A DNA stretch of 44,323 nt. It comes from a virus. The notes under the pieces were generated by a model. The model did not search any database. It was not told the DNA's origin and was given only the letters and a program-made list of their open reading frames with translations. Positions 8,262-16,332 of this stretch are shown piece after piece. A program made the translations under genes and the position numbers. Each line of letters opens with the position of its first letter. Position 1 is the stretch's first letter. The stretch is taken from the IMG/VR virus record IMGVR_UViG_3300049927_000028, positions 1 through 44,323 of that record; one strand, written 5' to 3'.

Positions 8262-8766
8262 TTATAATTCTCCTTAGTTCTATTTCTTGGTCACGACGGG
8301 CATCCCTTAATACGGAATAGAAATTTTCCTCCCCCGCAGTCCTTGCAATAGCTAGGGCGGAATGCCCCGCCACACTACCTAAGGCGCTACTATAAGTAGC
8401 CCAAAGAACTTCATTACGAATGGAGCTGAGGCAAAAAGTACACGCGGCTAGTATCGCCGAACACACTTCCATCTCTACTGTGTTTCTATCCCCGTCACGT
8501 AAGCAATTCCATCTATTCTTAACTTGTTTAACAATAGAGTCGAAGTCTTTTGGGGATAACTTTCCCCTAACGTAATTCCTCGCGGCGTTTAAATAAACTA
8601 TATTACACTTCGCTTTTGATATTCTAATTGCTTTTTCGACGCACCAGAGGGCGTAGAGTTTTAGTGGTCTATCATCCCCATCAATAGAACTTACCTCATT
8701 AGTGAGTTCGTTAAATGACATCGAATCTATCTGGTCATTGGTAGCTAATCGGGTGTTCTCAATCAT
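8254..8766 (-). CDS. Hypothetical alpha-helical protein (170 aa)
   Basis: ATG at 8766 (MIENTRL) overlaps the upstream stop by 8 nt. The track start at 8832 is a TTG with no SD. Confidence 0.55.
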   Translation of the reverse strand: MIENTRLATNDQIDSMSFNELTNEVSSIDGDDRPLKLYALWCVEKAIRISKAKCNIVYLNAARNYVRGKLSPKDFDSIVKQVKNRWNCLRDGDRNTVEMEVCSAILAACTFCLSSIRNEVLWATYSSALGSVAGHSALAIARTAGEENFYSVLRDARRDQEIELRRIING

Positions 8767-9373
8767 AATTAATCCGGTACGAATGCCGCTTGAATCCGAA
8801 GAATGGGCTATGGATCGAGAGTTTAATGTCAATGATTAGATGGATTCTTTCGGAATCTATATCCTTCACCGAATGGATTGCTTGATTATTAAACCACCAG
8901 ACGTCTCCCGTTTTCATCTTAACGAATTCCTCCCCTGCGGTAAAAACCCCTGAGCCTTTTAAAACCACATGAAAGCGATCGTAGTATAGAGCGGTAGATC
9001 CTTCATCCGCGTGGGGGGTAATCTCTTGCCCCGGACGGAGTCGTGTGATAATAATCCTCCCCAATCGTTCGCCTTCTACTAAAAACATTAATTTCCCTAC
9101 AATCGGCTGGATGGAACGGATGAGTTCCCTCGCGGGGTAGTCAATCATCTCCTTCCCGCTGAAACATTCCTCCCTCAGATACGCCGCTGATGGGGAGGCT
9201 ATGTCATTAAACCTCAGCCACATGTCCGAAGACCCCTCATGCGCCGACCCCACATAATTAGTCCTCAAGGTATTCTTATCCCACAAATCCGAATGGAGAT
9301 TTATTTCCGAAAGTATCTCATCGGTATTCGATACCCCCCACAGCATCTTGTGGAAATTTAATCTAGGCTTCAT
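8759..9373 (-). CDS. Cupin, aspartyl/asparaginyl beta-hydroxylase-like 2OG/Fe(II) oxygenase
   Basis: ITPHADEGS...YDRFHVVL...GDVWWFNNQAIHSV...RIHLIIDI. Start chosen at 9373 behind GGGAG-7nt-ATG. Confidence 0.65.
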   Translation of the reverse strand: MKPRLNFHKMLWGVSNTDEILSEINLHSDLWDKNTLRTNYVGSAHEGSSDMWLRFNDIASPSAAYLREECFSGKEMIDYPARELIRSIQPIVGKLMFLVEGERLGRIIITRLRPGQEITPHADEGSTALYYDRFHVVLKGSGVFTAGEEFVKMKTGDVWWFNNQAIHSVKDIDSERIHLIIDIKLSIHSPFFGFKRHSYRINYD

Positions 9374-9569
9374 GCGTACGCTCCCATGCGGCTTCTTTGG
9401 CATACTCTTCCGCGCGGGTTCCGTCGTCGAATCCGATGTCGTAGGCTTCAATAGCTAGATCCCCAAGCAATTCTTCCAATTCCGTTTTCACCGCATCCTC
9501 GAGTTCGGAAAGAAACTGCGCTATTTTCGCTTCGGTGTGTTTTTTTGCGTAATGTGACCAGATTTCCAT
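9363..9569 (-). CDS. Hypothetical acidic protein (68 aa)
   Basis: Track ORF with SD AGGGGtcaatc-ATG. Confidence 0.6.
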   Translation of the reverse strand: MEIWSHYAKKHTEAKIAQFLSELEDAVKTELEELLGDLAIEAYDIGFDDGTRAEEYAKEAAWERTHEA

Positions 9570-9679
9570 GATTGACCCCTAATTAATTAAAAGAAAGAGA
9601 GGGTTGGATTTTTAGCACCAACATCTGCGCAGAGTTTCCTCCCGCCGGTTTCCTTAACACTACCCCTCTAGGTATAATA

Positions 9680-10132
9680 TTACGCCAACTTTGCTACGGC
9701 TGCGACCTTTTCTTGAATCTGGTCTTGATAAATATCATGCTTAATTTTAACCAATAATGTTTGCCCTACCATTTGGGCAGGTGAAAAAGAATCACCAACA
9801 TTATTTAAACCTAATGCTTTTCTGTACATACCCAGCTTTCCATTCTTACCGGGAGCTGCATCAATCCCGCCGGAAGCTGTTACGTCAAGAAATACATTAT
9901 CTTTCACTTTCAACGTACCTGTAGCTAGTCCTAATGCTGCACGAATGTCGCCGGGAATTTCCAGCGCAAGCGTTACCTCCAATGCATACCAATCCTTTCC
10001 TTCTTTAGAACCTGACTTTGCATTGATATCAGACACAACACCAATGTACTCTTGCGCTGGGAGCGCTGATCGTTTAGTTGTAGGTTCGGTTATAGTCGCG
10101 TTTAAAAATGATTGCGGGTCAAAGGTGCTCAT
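9680..10132 (-). CDS. Putative ssDNA-binding protein (DUF669/DUF2815-like)
   Basis: 150 aa and beta-rich. Sits in a recombination module with a Sak4-type ATPase and a Cas4-like nuclease. The function rests on context only. Confidence 0.4.
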   Translation of the reverse strand: MSTFDPQSFLNATITEPTTKRSALPAQEYIGVVSDINAKSGSKEGKDWYALEVTLALEIPGDIRAALGLATGTLKVKDNVFLDVTASGGIDAAPGKNGKLGMYRKALGLNNVGDSFSPAQMVGQTLLVKIKHDIYQDQIQEKVAAVAKLA

Positions 10133-10205
10133 GGTTATATTTCCTTAGTTGAGTTTAGTTAATTTGCTGTCTTTCCATGCTGTCAATTGGGTTTCCCCTA
10201 ATTCT

Positions 10206-10367
10206 TTATTCGGTATCTTTCTCGCGCCCTATATACATGAAAAGTAAGGTAATGACTAAGGACGTTATTATTCCGAATGTTAAGTCAAACTCCGCCCCGA
10301 CGATTGCTGGGATTACGGTTGCGGTGAATAATACTATAAAAGTACTTAAGTCAGGTATGTCTTTCAT
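10206..10367 (-). CDS. Small two-TM membrane protein (53 aa)
   Basis: ATG at 10367 behind AAGGAttcttt. MKDIPDLSTFIVLFTATVIPAIVGA...ITSLVITLLFMYI. Confidence 0.5.
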   Translation of the reverse strand: MKDIPDLSTFIVLFTATVIPAIVGAEFDLTFGIITSLVITLLFMYIGREKDTE

Positions 10368-10383
10368 AAAGAATCCTTTTAAG

Positions 10384-11568
10384 TTAAAGAAGCATCTCGG
10401 GGCAGACGATAGTTTTTGATACTTGACCAAAATTAGCGTGATAGGTTATTAGGCTTGCTGCGCGTTCAGATATCCACCCGCCCCGGGCTGCGTAGGCGTC
10501 CCTTGCCGCTAATGTCGGGTGTTGCGTCACCAACATCCCTGCGTATTCCTTTTCATCAATATGATGCCGATGTCCGCAATGGGCGTATCTTTTCTTCGTC
10601 AACCCCCACATTTCTGAATATTGTGCGGCAAAGAGCATTGGTAATTGCTCGTTCCCTATTTTATGTCCGTGGTGAAATGCTAACATTACTTCTCCATGAC
10701 GATGCACATAGTAAGGTAACTCCGAATCATTTACCGATAATCTTTTTTCGTTCTCGTATAGGGCCGTGAACATTTGCCTTAACCAAACCGCGCTCGCTTC
10801 ATCATGATTACCTTCCATGATTATAAGATGTAGTATTTTGTGCGTTAGGAGGAATTCTTGGATAACTAGTCGTATGATACGTATTGCGACAGCGACGATT
10901 TTAGAAAACCTCCCATCCGCATCAAGGACATTCTTATGTCCGGGGGTCAGCGGGAGCAATCCATCAGTATGCAAAAAATCCCCTTGGATACATAGAATCC
11001 CTTTTTCTGCCTTCGGTGCCCGCTGGATGAGACTCCTAAAACTATCAATCATCATTTTTTCGGCAATTTTTAAATCCCAATCGGCACCGCCTTCCCGATG
11101 CCAAGATAACTGACCCATGTGGTAGTCGGTGAAGACAACGAGGTTGCATAAAGCCTCATTAAATTCATTCGGGGCTGCAACTGCTTCTTGACGGGGAAGT
11201 TCCTTCGACATCTCCGCAAACACTTCTTTCATTATTTCTTTCTGCCGTTCCTTATCTACGTCGATTTTTACCCATTGGCGGGAGATTTCCCCCTCTCGGT
11301 CATAGAAGGTCGAAACCCCATTCACTGCAAACCCGTCCGGGACTGCGTGGGTCATGCCATGTTCGGGGGAAACCCCCATCCGGGCGGCTTCCTTTTTTAA
11401 CCTTTGCAGTGAGGAGGAAATAGCAGACCTATTAACCCCTAACGCCTTCCCCGCTTTTACACTAGTGCCATATCTTTTCATAGCGTCAATGTATTTTAAC
11501 TGAGTCTCCGTAGCAAACTCACGGTAGGCTTCATATGAGTCTTCAATGATTCTTCTATTCCCGCCCAT
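10384..11568 (-). CDS. HTH domain fused to a calcineurin-like metallophosphoesterase (SbcD/Mre11-like or phosphodiesterase)
   Basis: N-terminal HTH (GKALGVNRSAISSSLQRLK). Full phosphoesterase motif set: TDYHMG, GDFLH, GNHDE, HHGHK and GHRHH. ATG at 11568 behind AGGGAtacc. Confidence 0.8.
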   Translation of the reverse strand: MGGNRRIIEDSYEAYREFATETQLKYIDAMKRYGTSVKAGKALGVNRSAISSSLQRLKKEAARMGVSPEHGMTHAVPDGFAVNGVSTFYDREGEISRQWVKIDVDKERQKEIMKEVFAEMSKELPRQEAVAAPNEFNEALCNLVVFTDYHMGQLSWHREGGADWDLKIAEKMMIDSFRSLIQRAPKAEKGILCIQGDFLHTDGLLPLTPGHKNVLDADGRFSKIVAVAIRIIRLVIQEFLLTHKILHLIIMEGNHDEASAVWLRQMFTALYENEKRLSVNDSELPYYVHRHGEVMLAFHHGHKIGNEQLPMLFAAQYSEMWGLTKKRYAHCGHRHHIDEKEYAGMLVTQHPTLAARDAYAARGGWISERAASLITYHANFGQVSKTIVCPEMLL

Positions 11569-11579
11569 GGTATCCCTTT

Positions 11580-12422
11580 TTATATCCCGCCTCGTTGCAA
11601 CCATTTATCCATGATTACAGCGAAGTCGGGTTTTTGCTTTGAGGCAATCGGAAGATTCGTGGCTTTAGTGTCGATGCCGTAGGCCGCGGTATCCCAGAAG
11701 AAATGTGCACCTTCTTTTACTGTGTATATTACATCAGGGAAGAATCTGGGTATTTGACCGCAAATCGCCTTCCCTATTGCTTGGGTCATGAGTTTAACGC
11801 TGCCGCTTACTTCGTCGGTCTCACGGGAGACGTGAGCAATCATAACAACAGGGACTTCACACCCGTCTGTTATTAGACCGAGGAAATTCATAATATGCCC
11901 CTGCGCTTGCCCATATTCATTCATTCCGGGGAGTTTATTTCCAGTTACCATTTTCATTGCCGCATTACAAAGGGTCGTGAGTGAATCGATTACAAGAATC
12001 TTGTCCGTCCCCCATGTGGTGAAGCTTCCGTATTCTTTTCCCGTCCGGTCATCTTTGAAATTCGCGCAAGTTTCCAAAATCTTGAAGAAAGAATTATTCT
12101 TCGCCCGATCCGGGTCAGTCATTTTAATGAGGGTTTCGTAGGTTAATTTCCCTGTATTATCCGCCGCCTTGATTAGCTGCTCTAGGGAAAGCGGCTTTGT
12201 TAAACAAGCATGGTAGTGAAGGCATTCCGGAACCGGCTTCCCTTTATCAAGCCAGTAGTTTAATAACGAGGGCAATCCGTTTTCGGCAAACAAAACGAAT
12301 ACTTCTTTCTTATTCTTTTCCGCCCAGTCGACAAGAGTTCCGATCGAATATGTTTTCCCTGTTCCGGGGGCCCCTTCAATCATTACCTTCGGACTAGACA
12401 TCGGTACGTGTGCTTCGGTCAT
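11580..12422 (-). CDS. Sak4 / AAA_24-type RecA-like recombination ATPase
   Basis: Walker A GAPGTGKT and Walker B ILVIDSLT. Size is about 280 aa and it sits between nuclease and SSB-like genes. Confidence 0.75.
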   Translation of the reverse strand: MTEAHVPMSSPKVMIEGAPGTGKTYSIGTLVDWAEKNKKEVFVLFAENGLPSLLNYWLDKGKPVPECLHYHACLTKPLSLEQLIKAADNTGKLTYETLIKMTDPDRAKNNSFFKILETCANFKDDRTGKEYGSFTTWGTDKILVIDSLTTLCNAAMKMVTGNKLPGMNEYGQAQGHIMNFLGLITDGCEVPVVMIAHVSRETDEVSGSVKLMTQAIGKAICGQIPRFFPDVIYTVKEGAHFFWDTAAYGIDTKATNLPIASKQKPDFAVIMDKWLQRGGI

Positions 12423-12433
12423 TTCGTTTCCTT

Positions 12434-12616
12434 TTATTCTGAGTAATTCTGGTCGCTTTTAATAACAGCAATATAGAGAGTTCTTCCGCCGGTCAACTTA
12501 ACATCTAATGTCTCTGCTTGGAGGTACCTCATTATTGTACTTATCTTATCCGCACTTTCCTTTATCATCTCTTTCGCGTCAACAAGAGATAGATCGACTA
12601 AGTTTATTTTCATCAT
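12434..12616 (-). CDS. Hypothetical protein (60 aa)
   Basis: Track ORF. It overlaps the upstream ORF by 38 nt. Confidence 0.45.
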   Translation of the reverse strand: MMKINLVDLSLVDAKEMIKESADKISTIMRYLQAETLDVKLTGGRTLYIAVIKSDQNYSE

Positions 12617-12884
12617 CTACTCTCTCCAATTTGTTTTCTCTCATAACCTCTTTTTTCCAGAAGTCAAATTCTCTTTTTGCTTTAATCGCTTCGTCGAGGG
12701 AGGTTCCGCGATAAATAACCCTAGGCTCATTATAGATGCAACCTATGGCTTTGTATTCCCCGTCTCCGTAGGTGGTGATTCCTACCGCAACTGTCCTCAC
12801 TGCGTACCCCTTCGAGCGGGAACGTTTATAAACCGCTTTCGGGGAAGCTTGAAATTGGGCTAACATTATCTCCCATGGCGTCAT
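12579..12884 (-). CDS. Hypothetical protein (101 aa)
   Basis: Track ORF with an ATGA overlap with the exonuclease stop. Confidence 0.55.
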   Translation of the reverse strand: MTPWEIMLAQFQASPKAVYKRSRSKGYAVRTVAVGITTYGDGEYKAIGCIYNEPRVIYRGTSLDEAIKAKREFDFWKKEVMRENKLERVDDENKLSRSISC

Positions 12885-13798
12885 GATGTTAAATCCTTTA
12901 AAAGAATTTCTGTACGATTAACGGGATTCCATACTCGTTGTTCGAAGCTCCCCGCTAGCCACGGCTCAGGGTCTTTGGATAAACAAATCTGTCTAAAAAT
13001 ACATCCCCCAAAATCTTGGCAAGAATGATCGAGATTATAATCGAAATACCCTTCCCGCCACATATCCACCATTCGAATTAAACTTCTGTTGAGGTTTTCG
13101 TACCATCTATCAATCATCCATTGTGGGCGGTAGGTGATTGCTTGGAGGGTGTCGTATTTGGTTTTTAGGATAGAAACTCCTCTAATCAAAAACCCTTGGA
13201 GGGGTATCCCCGCCCGCGCACACCCCCATGCATACCCTGTAAATTGACTCCTCAAATCCCATTGCTTCGGCCACGAGGCTCCGAGTTGACTTGTTGTTTT
13301 ATCGTCAAGTCCATATACGCCCCCCGCGAAGTCACACAACATGTCCAGTCGCCCGACGTATAAGAGAGGGTCTCCGGTTTCGGGATGCAACACATCCAAT
13401 GGTTCGGAAAAGCTGAATTCAACTCCCAATCTCCCTCCGTCCAATTGTACCGGTATCGCTTCTTCAAATTCGAGGGGATAGCGTGAGAAATAAAATTCAA
13501 AAGCCCCTGCGGTACGTTCAAGTGATTTTGCAGACTCCGGAGGACAAGCGAAGTCTCCGTAACTGTGAATGAGTGCCGCCAGACCTTCCGCGATGGCGTC
13601 GGGAGATGATTTCCCCTCACCATAGAAGGCTCGCCTAGCGGTTTCCAATCCTGTTGCATATGCGCCTCCGGCGATTAAATGAACTGATTGATTATTCGGC
13701 TTCCAATGTCGAAAATACTCTAATTCGCATCTTCTCGGGCAGGATCGGAAAGAACTCATTAGGGAACTATCAATAACAGAAGGAAATTTAGGTCTCAT
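12881..13798 (-). CDS. PD-(D/E)XK exonuclease, Cas4/RecB-like with a Cys cluster
   Basis: N-terminal SFRSCPRRCELEYF, core GRLDML...YGLDDKTTS and C-terminal CQDFGGCIFRQIC (one plus three Cys, as in Cas4-type Fe-S nucleases). Confidence 0.75.
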   Translation of the reverse strand: MRPKFPSVIDSSLMSSFRSCPRRCELEYFRHWKPNNQSVHLIAGGAYATGLETARRAFYGEGKSSPDAIAEGLAALIHSYGDFACPPESAKSLERTAGAFEFYFSRYPLEFEEAIPVQLDGGRLGVEFSFSEPLDVLHPETGDPLLYVGRLDMLCDFAGGVYGLDDKTTSQLGASWPKQWDLRSQFTGYAWGCARAGIPLQGFLIRGVSILKTKYDTLQAITYRPQWMIDRWYENLNRSLIRMVDMWREGYFDYNLDHSCQDFGGCIFRQICLSKDPEPWLAGSFEQRVWNPVNRTEILLKDLTS

Positions 13799-13810
13799 AG
13801 TTAAATTTAT

Positions 13811-14026
13811 TTAAGTTAAAAAAGTATTTCGTATCTTGGTAGCTACTTCTTTCGTAGCGGCTTGAATATCGGTATTGGTGAATCTTGGTACCTTCATATT
13901 GAATGAAATCGGGATTCCGTTTACCAATTCCTTTATCCCAATTATTTCAATTCCTCGCCCCGCATCCCGCTCGAAATAAAACCTATACGTAACGGACTCT
14001 ATCTCATGGTCTACGTGATTAATCAT
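13811..14026 (-). CDS. Hypothetical protein (71 aa)
   Basis: ATG at 14026 lies 1 nt after the upstream stop. The track start at 14059 is a TTG without an SD. Confidence 0.5.
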   Translation of the reverse strand: MINHVDHEIESVTYRFYFERDAGRGIEIIGIKELVNGIPISFNMKVPRFTNTDIQAATKEVATKIRNTFLT

Positions 14027-14027
14027 G

Positions 14028-14219
14028 TTATATACCCAATATTTCTTTACACCGGCCAATTGTACGCAAATAAGTATCTAGCGCCTTGGGTTCGGAGCAA
14101 GCATCAATATCAAACAGATCAAGTGCTTGTTCGTATATATACACCAATTCTTTCCAATTAACTTCCCTATCTTGAAGTCTATAAACTTCCGCTATAAGTT
14201 CCCTCGGTGCCGGCATCAT
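14028..14219 (-). CDS. Hypothetical protein (63 aa; the alternative start at 14246 gives 72 aa)
   Basis: ATG at 14219 gives an ATGA overlap with the upstream stop and has AAGGA 10 nt upstream. Confidence 0.5.
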   Translation of the reverse strand: MMPAPRELIAEVYRLQDREVNWKELVYIYEQALDLFDIDACSEPKALDTYLRTIGRCKEILGI

Positions 14220-14398
14220 AAGTAAATTATCCTTTTCAAATTCCATTGGGAAATAAAGTCTTCTTTATCTATTTGCAGCATGACTCTTCCGGCGGTTGTT
14301 GTGACTACCGTTTTCTCCGCATAGAATTTTATCGTGATGATTTCTTCCGGATTGAAGTAGACTTCATCAACCCCATCGCTGACCGGAACTAGTTGCAT
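14216..14398 (-). CDS. Hypothetical protein (60 aa)
   Basis: Track ORF with an ATG start and a 10-nt overlap with the upstream gene. Confidence 0.5.
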   Translation of the reverse strand: MQLVPVSDGVDEVYFNPEEIITIKFYAEKTVVTTTAGRVMLQIDKEDFISQWNLKRIIYL

Positions 14399-14604
14399 AT
14401 TAACCTCTCAAGTAATTCTTCCGCAGATGGGATGGGGTTTTTGCCGCCCTTAGCTCGGGAGGCGGCGGACGCGAAACAAGCGCTAACTCGGCCTTCCCGG
14501 AGGGAAATTATGGCTTCTTTCATATCTTCGGGGGTTATGGTCCCGTCTAGTGCTCTCGCCCGCCACTCGGCTATCTTCATGAGTAATTCTGGTGACTGTG
14601 CCAT
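14389..14604 (-). CDS. Hypothetical protein (71 aa)
   Basis: ATG at 14604 (MAQSPELL) behind AGGGGAcgcata. It forms TAATG with the 47-codon ORF upstream. Confidence 0.55.
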   Translation of the reverse strand: MAQSPELLMKIAEWRARALDGTITPEDMKEAIISLREGRVSACFASAASRAKGGKNPIPSAEELLERLICN

Positions 14605-14747
14605 TATGCGTCCCCTATTACCATGCAATATAGGATTAAACATAGGTTGAAAGCGCCGAGGATGGAAACTAGACTTCTTTCATTAAGAAGCATAACTTCC
14701 AACATACATTGAGTACAAAGAAAGAAAAAATATAATAATCGTTTCAT
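14604..14747 (-). CDS. Possible hydrophobic microprotein (47 aa), not in the ORF track
   Basis: My own translation: MKRLLYFFFLCTQCMLEVMLLNERSLVSILGAFNLCLILYCMVIGDA. ATGA overlap upstream and TAATG downstream, but the SD is weak. Confidence 0.3.
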   Translation of the reverse strand: MKRLLYFFFLCTQCMLEVMLLNERSLVSILGAFNLCLILYCMVIGDA

Positions 14748-14920
14748 TTTAGGCTTTCGAAGTGGTTTTTAATTAAGGAAATAATAAATGTTTGATAAAC
14801 CCCTACTGGTAATGTGCCTCCGTTTTTCTTCATTAGATATTTGTCTACTTGATATCTAAGATCGGCCGGAAGGCTAGTGTTCAATCTCGTGGGTCTTATT
14901 GCGGACTTCGGGCGTGCCAT
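14744..14920 (-). CDS. Ribbon-helix-helix (Arc/CopG-like) DNA-binding protein (58 aa), not in the ORF track
   Basis: My own translation: MARPKSAIRPTRLNTSLPADLRYQVDKYLMKKNGG... The N-terminal beta-strand plus two helices fit the RHH pattern. TAATG overlap with the upstream stop. Confidence 0.55.
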   Translation of the reverse strand: MARPKSAIRPTRLNTSLPADLRYQVDKYLMKKNGGTLPVGVYQTFIISLIKNHFESLK

Positions 14921-15186
14921 TAGAATTTGCCTAGTAAAGCATTGAAAAGATTCTTCCAGTATCCCTTGTTTGTAACTAAAACTATTTTCATATTTTTTCT
15001 TACTTTATCGCATACCTCCCGATCTTTTTCCGGTAGCGTCTCCCCTAATACCGCTTCTACGTTCCTGCTTATAGCCTGGGCAAGTGCTACCCTCTTACGT
15101 AACTCTTCTCGTCTTTGCTCCTCTGCATGCGATTTCATGAAGGCGCTTATATGACTTGTATCATAGGTGTATACCGGATCGCTCAT
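14920..15186 (-). CDS. Hypothetical protein (88 aa)
   Basis: Track ORF with SD AAGGAacttaa-ATG. A promoter-like element lies just upstream. Confidence 0.6.
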   Translation of the reverse strand: MSDPVYTYDTSHISAFMKSHAEEQRREELRKRVALAQAISRNVEAVLGETLPEKDREVCDKVRKNMKIVLVTNKGYWKNLFNALLGKF

Positions 15187-15215
15187 TTAAGTTCCTTTTT
15201 TAGTTTCATGCGCTT

Positions 15216-15244
15216 AGTATCTCAGAAAATTCCCTGCGCGTCAA
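15216..15244 (-). promoter_or_regulatory. Candidate internal sigma70-type promoter, TTGACG-17nt-GATACT
   Basis: Minus strand: TTGACG (15244-15239), 17-nt spacer, GATACT (15221-15216). It sits in the 63-nt gap before the ORF that starts at 15186. Confidence 0.35.
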
Positions 15245-15249
15245 ACTAT

Positions 15250-15429
15250 TTATTCACTCCATACAGTTATTAGATCCGATACTCTGAATTTATAAGTGCC
15301 CGTAGTATCGTCAAGTACGCAATAAGGATCCGTGATAGACCATGTAAGTTCTTTGGGATCTTGGACTTCTATAAATAAGTCAGTATTCTCTACCCACCTT
15401 TGCAGTAGTTCGTGGTGTATATACTTCAT
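15250..15429 (-). CDS. Hypothetical protein (59 aa)
   Basis: ATG at 15429 (MKYIHHELL) makes an ATGA overlap with the upstream stop. The longer track ORF (to 15528) would overlap the upstream gene by ~100 nt. Confidence 0.5.
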   Translation of the reverse strand: MKYIHHELLQRWVENTDLFIEVQDPKELTWSITDPYCVLDDTTGTYKFRVSDLITVWSE

Positions 15430-15644
15430 GGTTTCTTCCCTTTCTTTTCCGACTCCAATCGGGTGATGATATGGGCAGTCGGGGAACCTTCTCGTTTGAA
15501 AGCATTCAGCAGCCCCGTTCTCGTCCATTTATCGCCGCGGGAAGACGCTTCGGCTAATTGCTGGGCGATGAAGTTTTCTACCACTTCTTCCGAACACCCT
15601 TTTACTTCTGCGATTGCGCGGATGACTACGTGTGGTTTTTTCAC
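15426..15644 (-). CDS. Hypothetical protein (72 aa)
   Basis: GTG at 15644 lies 7 nt after AAAGGAG. The track start (GTG 15650) is only 1 nt from the SD. Confidence 0.5.
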   Translation of the reverse strand: MKKPHVVIRAIAEVKGCSEEVVENFIAQQLAEASSRGDKWTRTGLLNAFKREGSPTAHIITRLESEKKGKKP

Positions 15645-15646
15645 AA

Positions 15647-15763
15647 TCACTCTCCTTTAATAATTTCATAAATGACGCAAACGAGGGGGATTAGCGCCAC
15701 AATAAGTACCGCAGCAACTAATGATAATACCAATAGGGATTCTATTTCTAGTATCGTTGTCAT
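15647..15763 (-). CDS. Single-pass membrane microprotein (38 aa), not in the ORF track
   Basis: My own translation: MTTILEIESLLVLSLVAAVLIVALIPLVCVIYEIIKGE. ATGA overlap with the stop of the 15760..16035 gene. Confidence 0.4.
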   Translation of the reverse strand: MTTILEIESLLVLSLVAAVLIVALIPLVCVIYEIIKGE

Positions 15764-16035
15764 CTTTCTATCCCCTGTAATCGATCGGATACAAGTTTCG
15801 CGTACCCAGCAATATCAACCCATGAATCCACGTAATCATGATTCCCATTTACAATCCGTCCAATTTTGTGCAGTATCATTTCCAACGCTTCCACTTGGTC
15901 TGAGGAGGAAAACTTCTCCCGGGGTTTTGTGTTGAAAACAACCAACTTCAAACTTTGGGATACTTCTGCGTGATCTACGAATTTTCCATAATTGTTCCCC
16001 CGCTCCGTGAGGATATTTTCTAATTCTGCGGTCAT
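15760..16035 (-). CDS. DUF6378-like phage protein (91 aa)
   Basis: RGNNYGKF...LEMILHKIGRIVNGNHDYVDSWVDIAGYAKL matches my recollection of the DUF6378 pattern. Needs an HMM check. Confidence 0.55.
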   Translation of the reverse strand: MTAELENILTERGNNYGKFVDHAEVSQSLKLVVFNTKPREKFSSSDQVEALEMILHKIGRIVNGNHDYVDSWVDIAGYAKLVSDRLQGIER

Positions 16036-16038
16036 TTT

Positions 16039-16317
16039 CTACTCCTTTCGTGTATATGCGGTTGTATTTCCCATTCTGCGGCCGTTATTCGGGGGGACGG
16101 GTTGTTCGTAGCGCTCCCCTTTTTCGTTATGGAGCACTATTTCCACACACGCCATATTTTTCTTCGCTTCTTCCGGGATCTTTAGTTGCGGAATCGCTCT
16201 GCGACAAACCTCAAACGCACTAATGGTTTCCATTCCTTTCACTTCTTGGATGATGGAATATGTGGGATTTGCCCCCGCTTGAACTAATATGACTGCAAAA
16301 ACGGCTGTTGCTAGCAT
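16039..16317 (-). CDS. Small secreted/periplasmic protein (92 aa)
   Basis: N-terminal signal-like segment MLATAVFAVILVQAGA followed by a charged mature part. Confidence 0.55.
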   Translation of the reverse strand: MLATAVFAVILVQAGANPTYSIIQEVKGMETISAFEVCRRAIPQLKIPEEAKKNMACVEIVLHNEKGERYEQPVPPNNGRRMGNTTAYTRKE

Positions 16318-16332
16318 GGTAAACTCCTTTAG

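Noticed and set aside
10158-10186. Perfect TTGACA (minus strand, 10186-10181) upstream of the SSB-like gene as an internal promoter
   Set aside because: No convincing -10 lies at 16-19 nt (only ATTAAC, TTAACT or TAACTA). A direct repeat GACAGCA...GACAGCA is present, but the evidence is too weak for a feature call.
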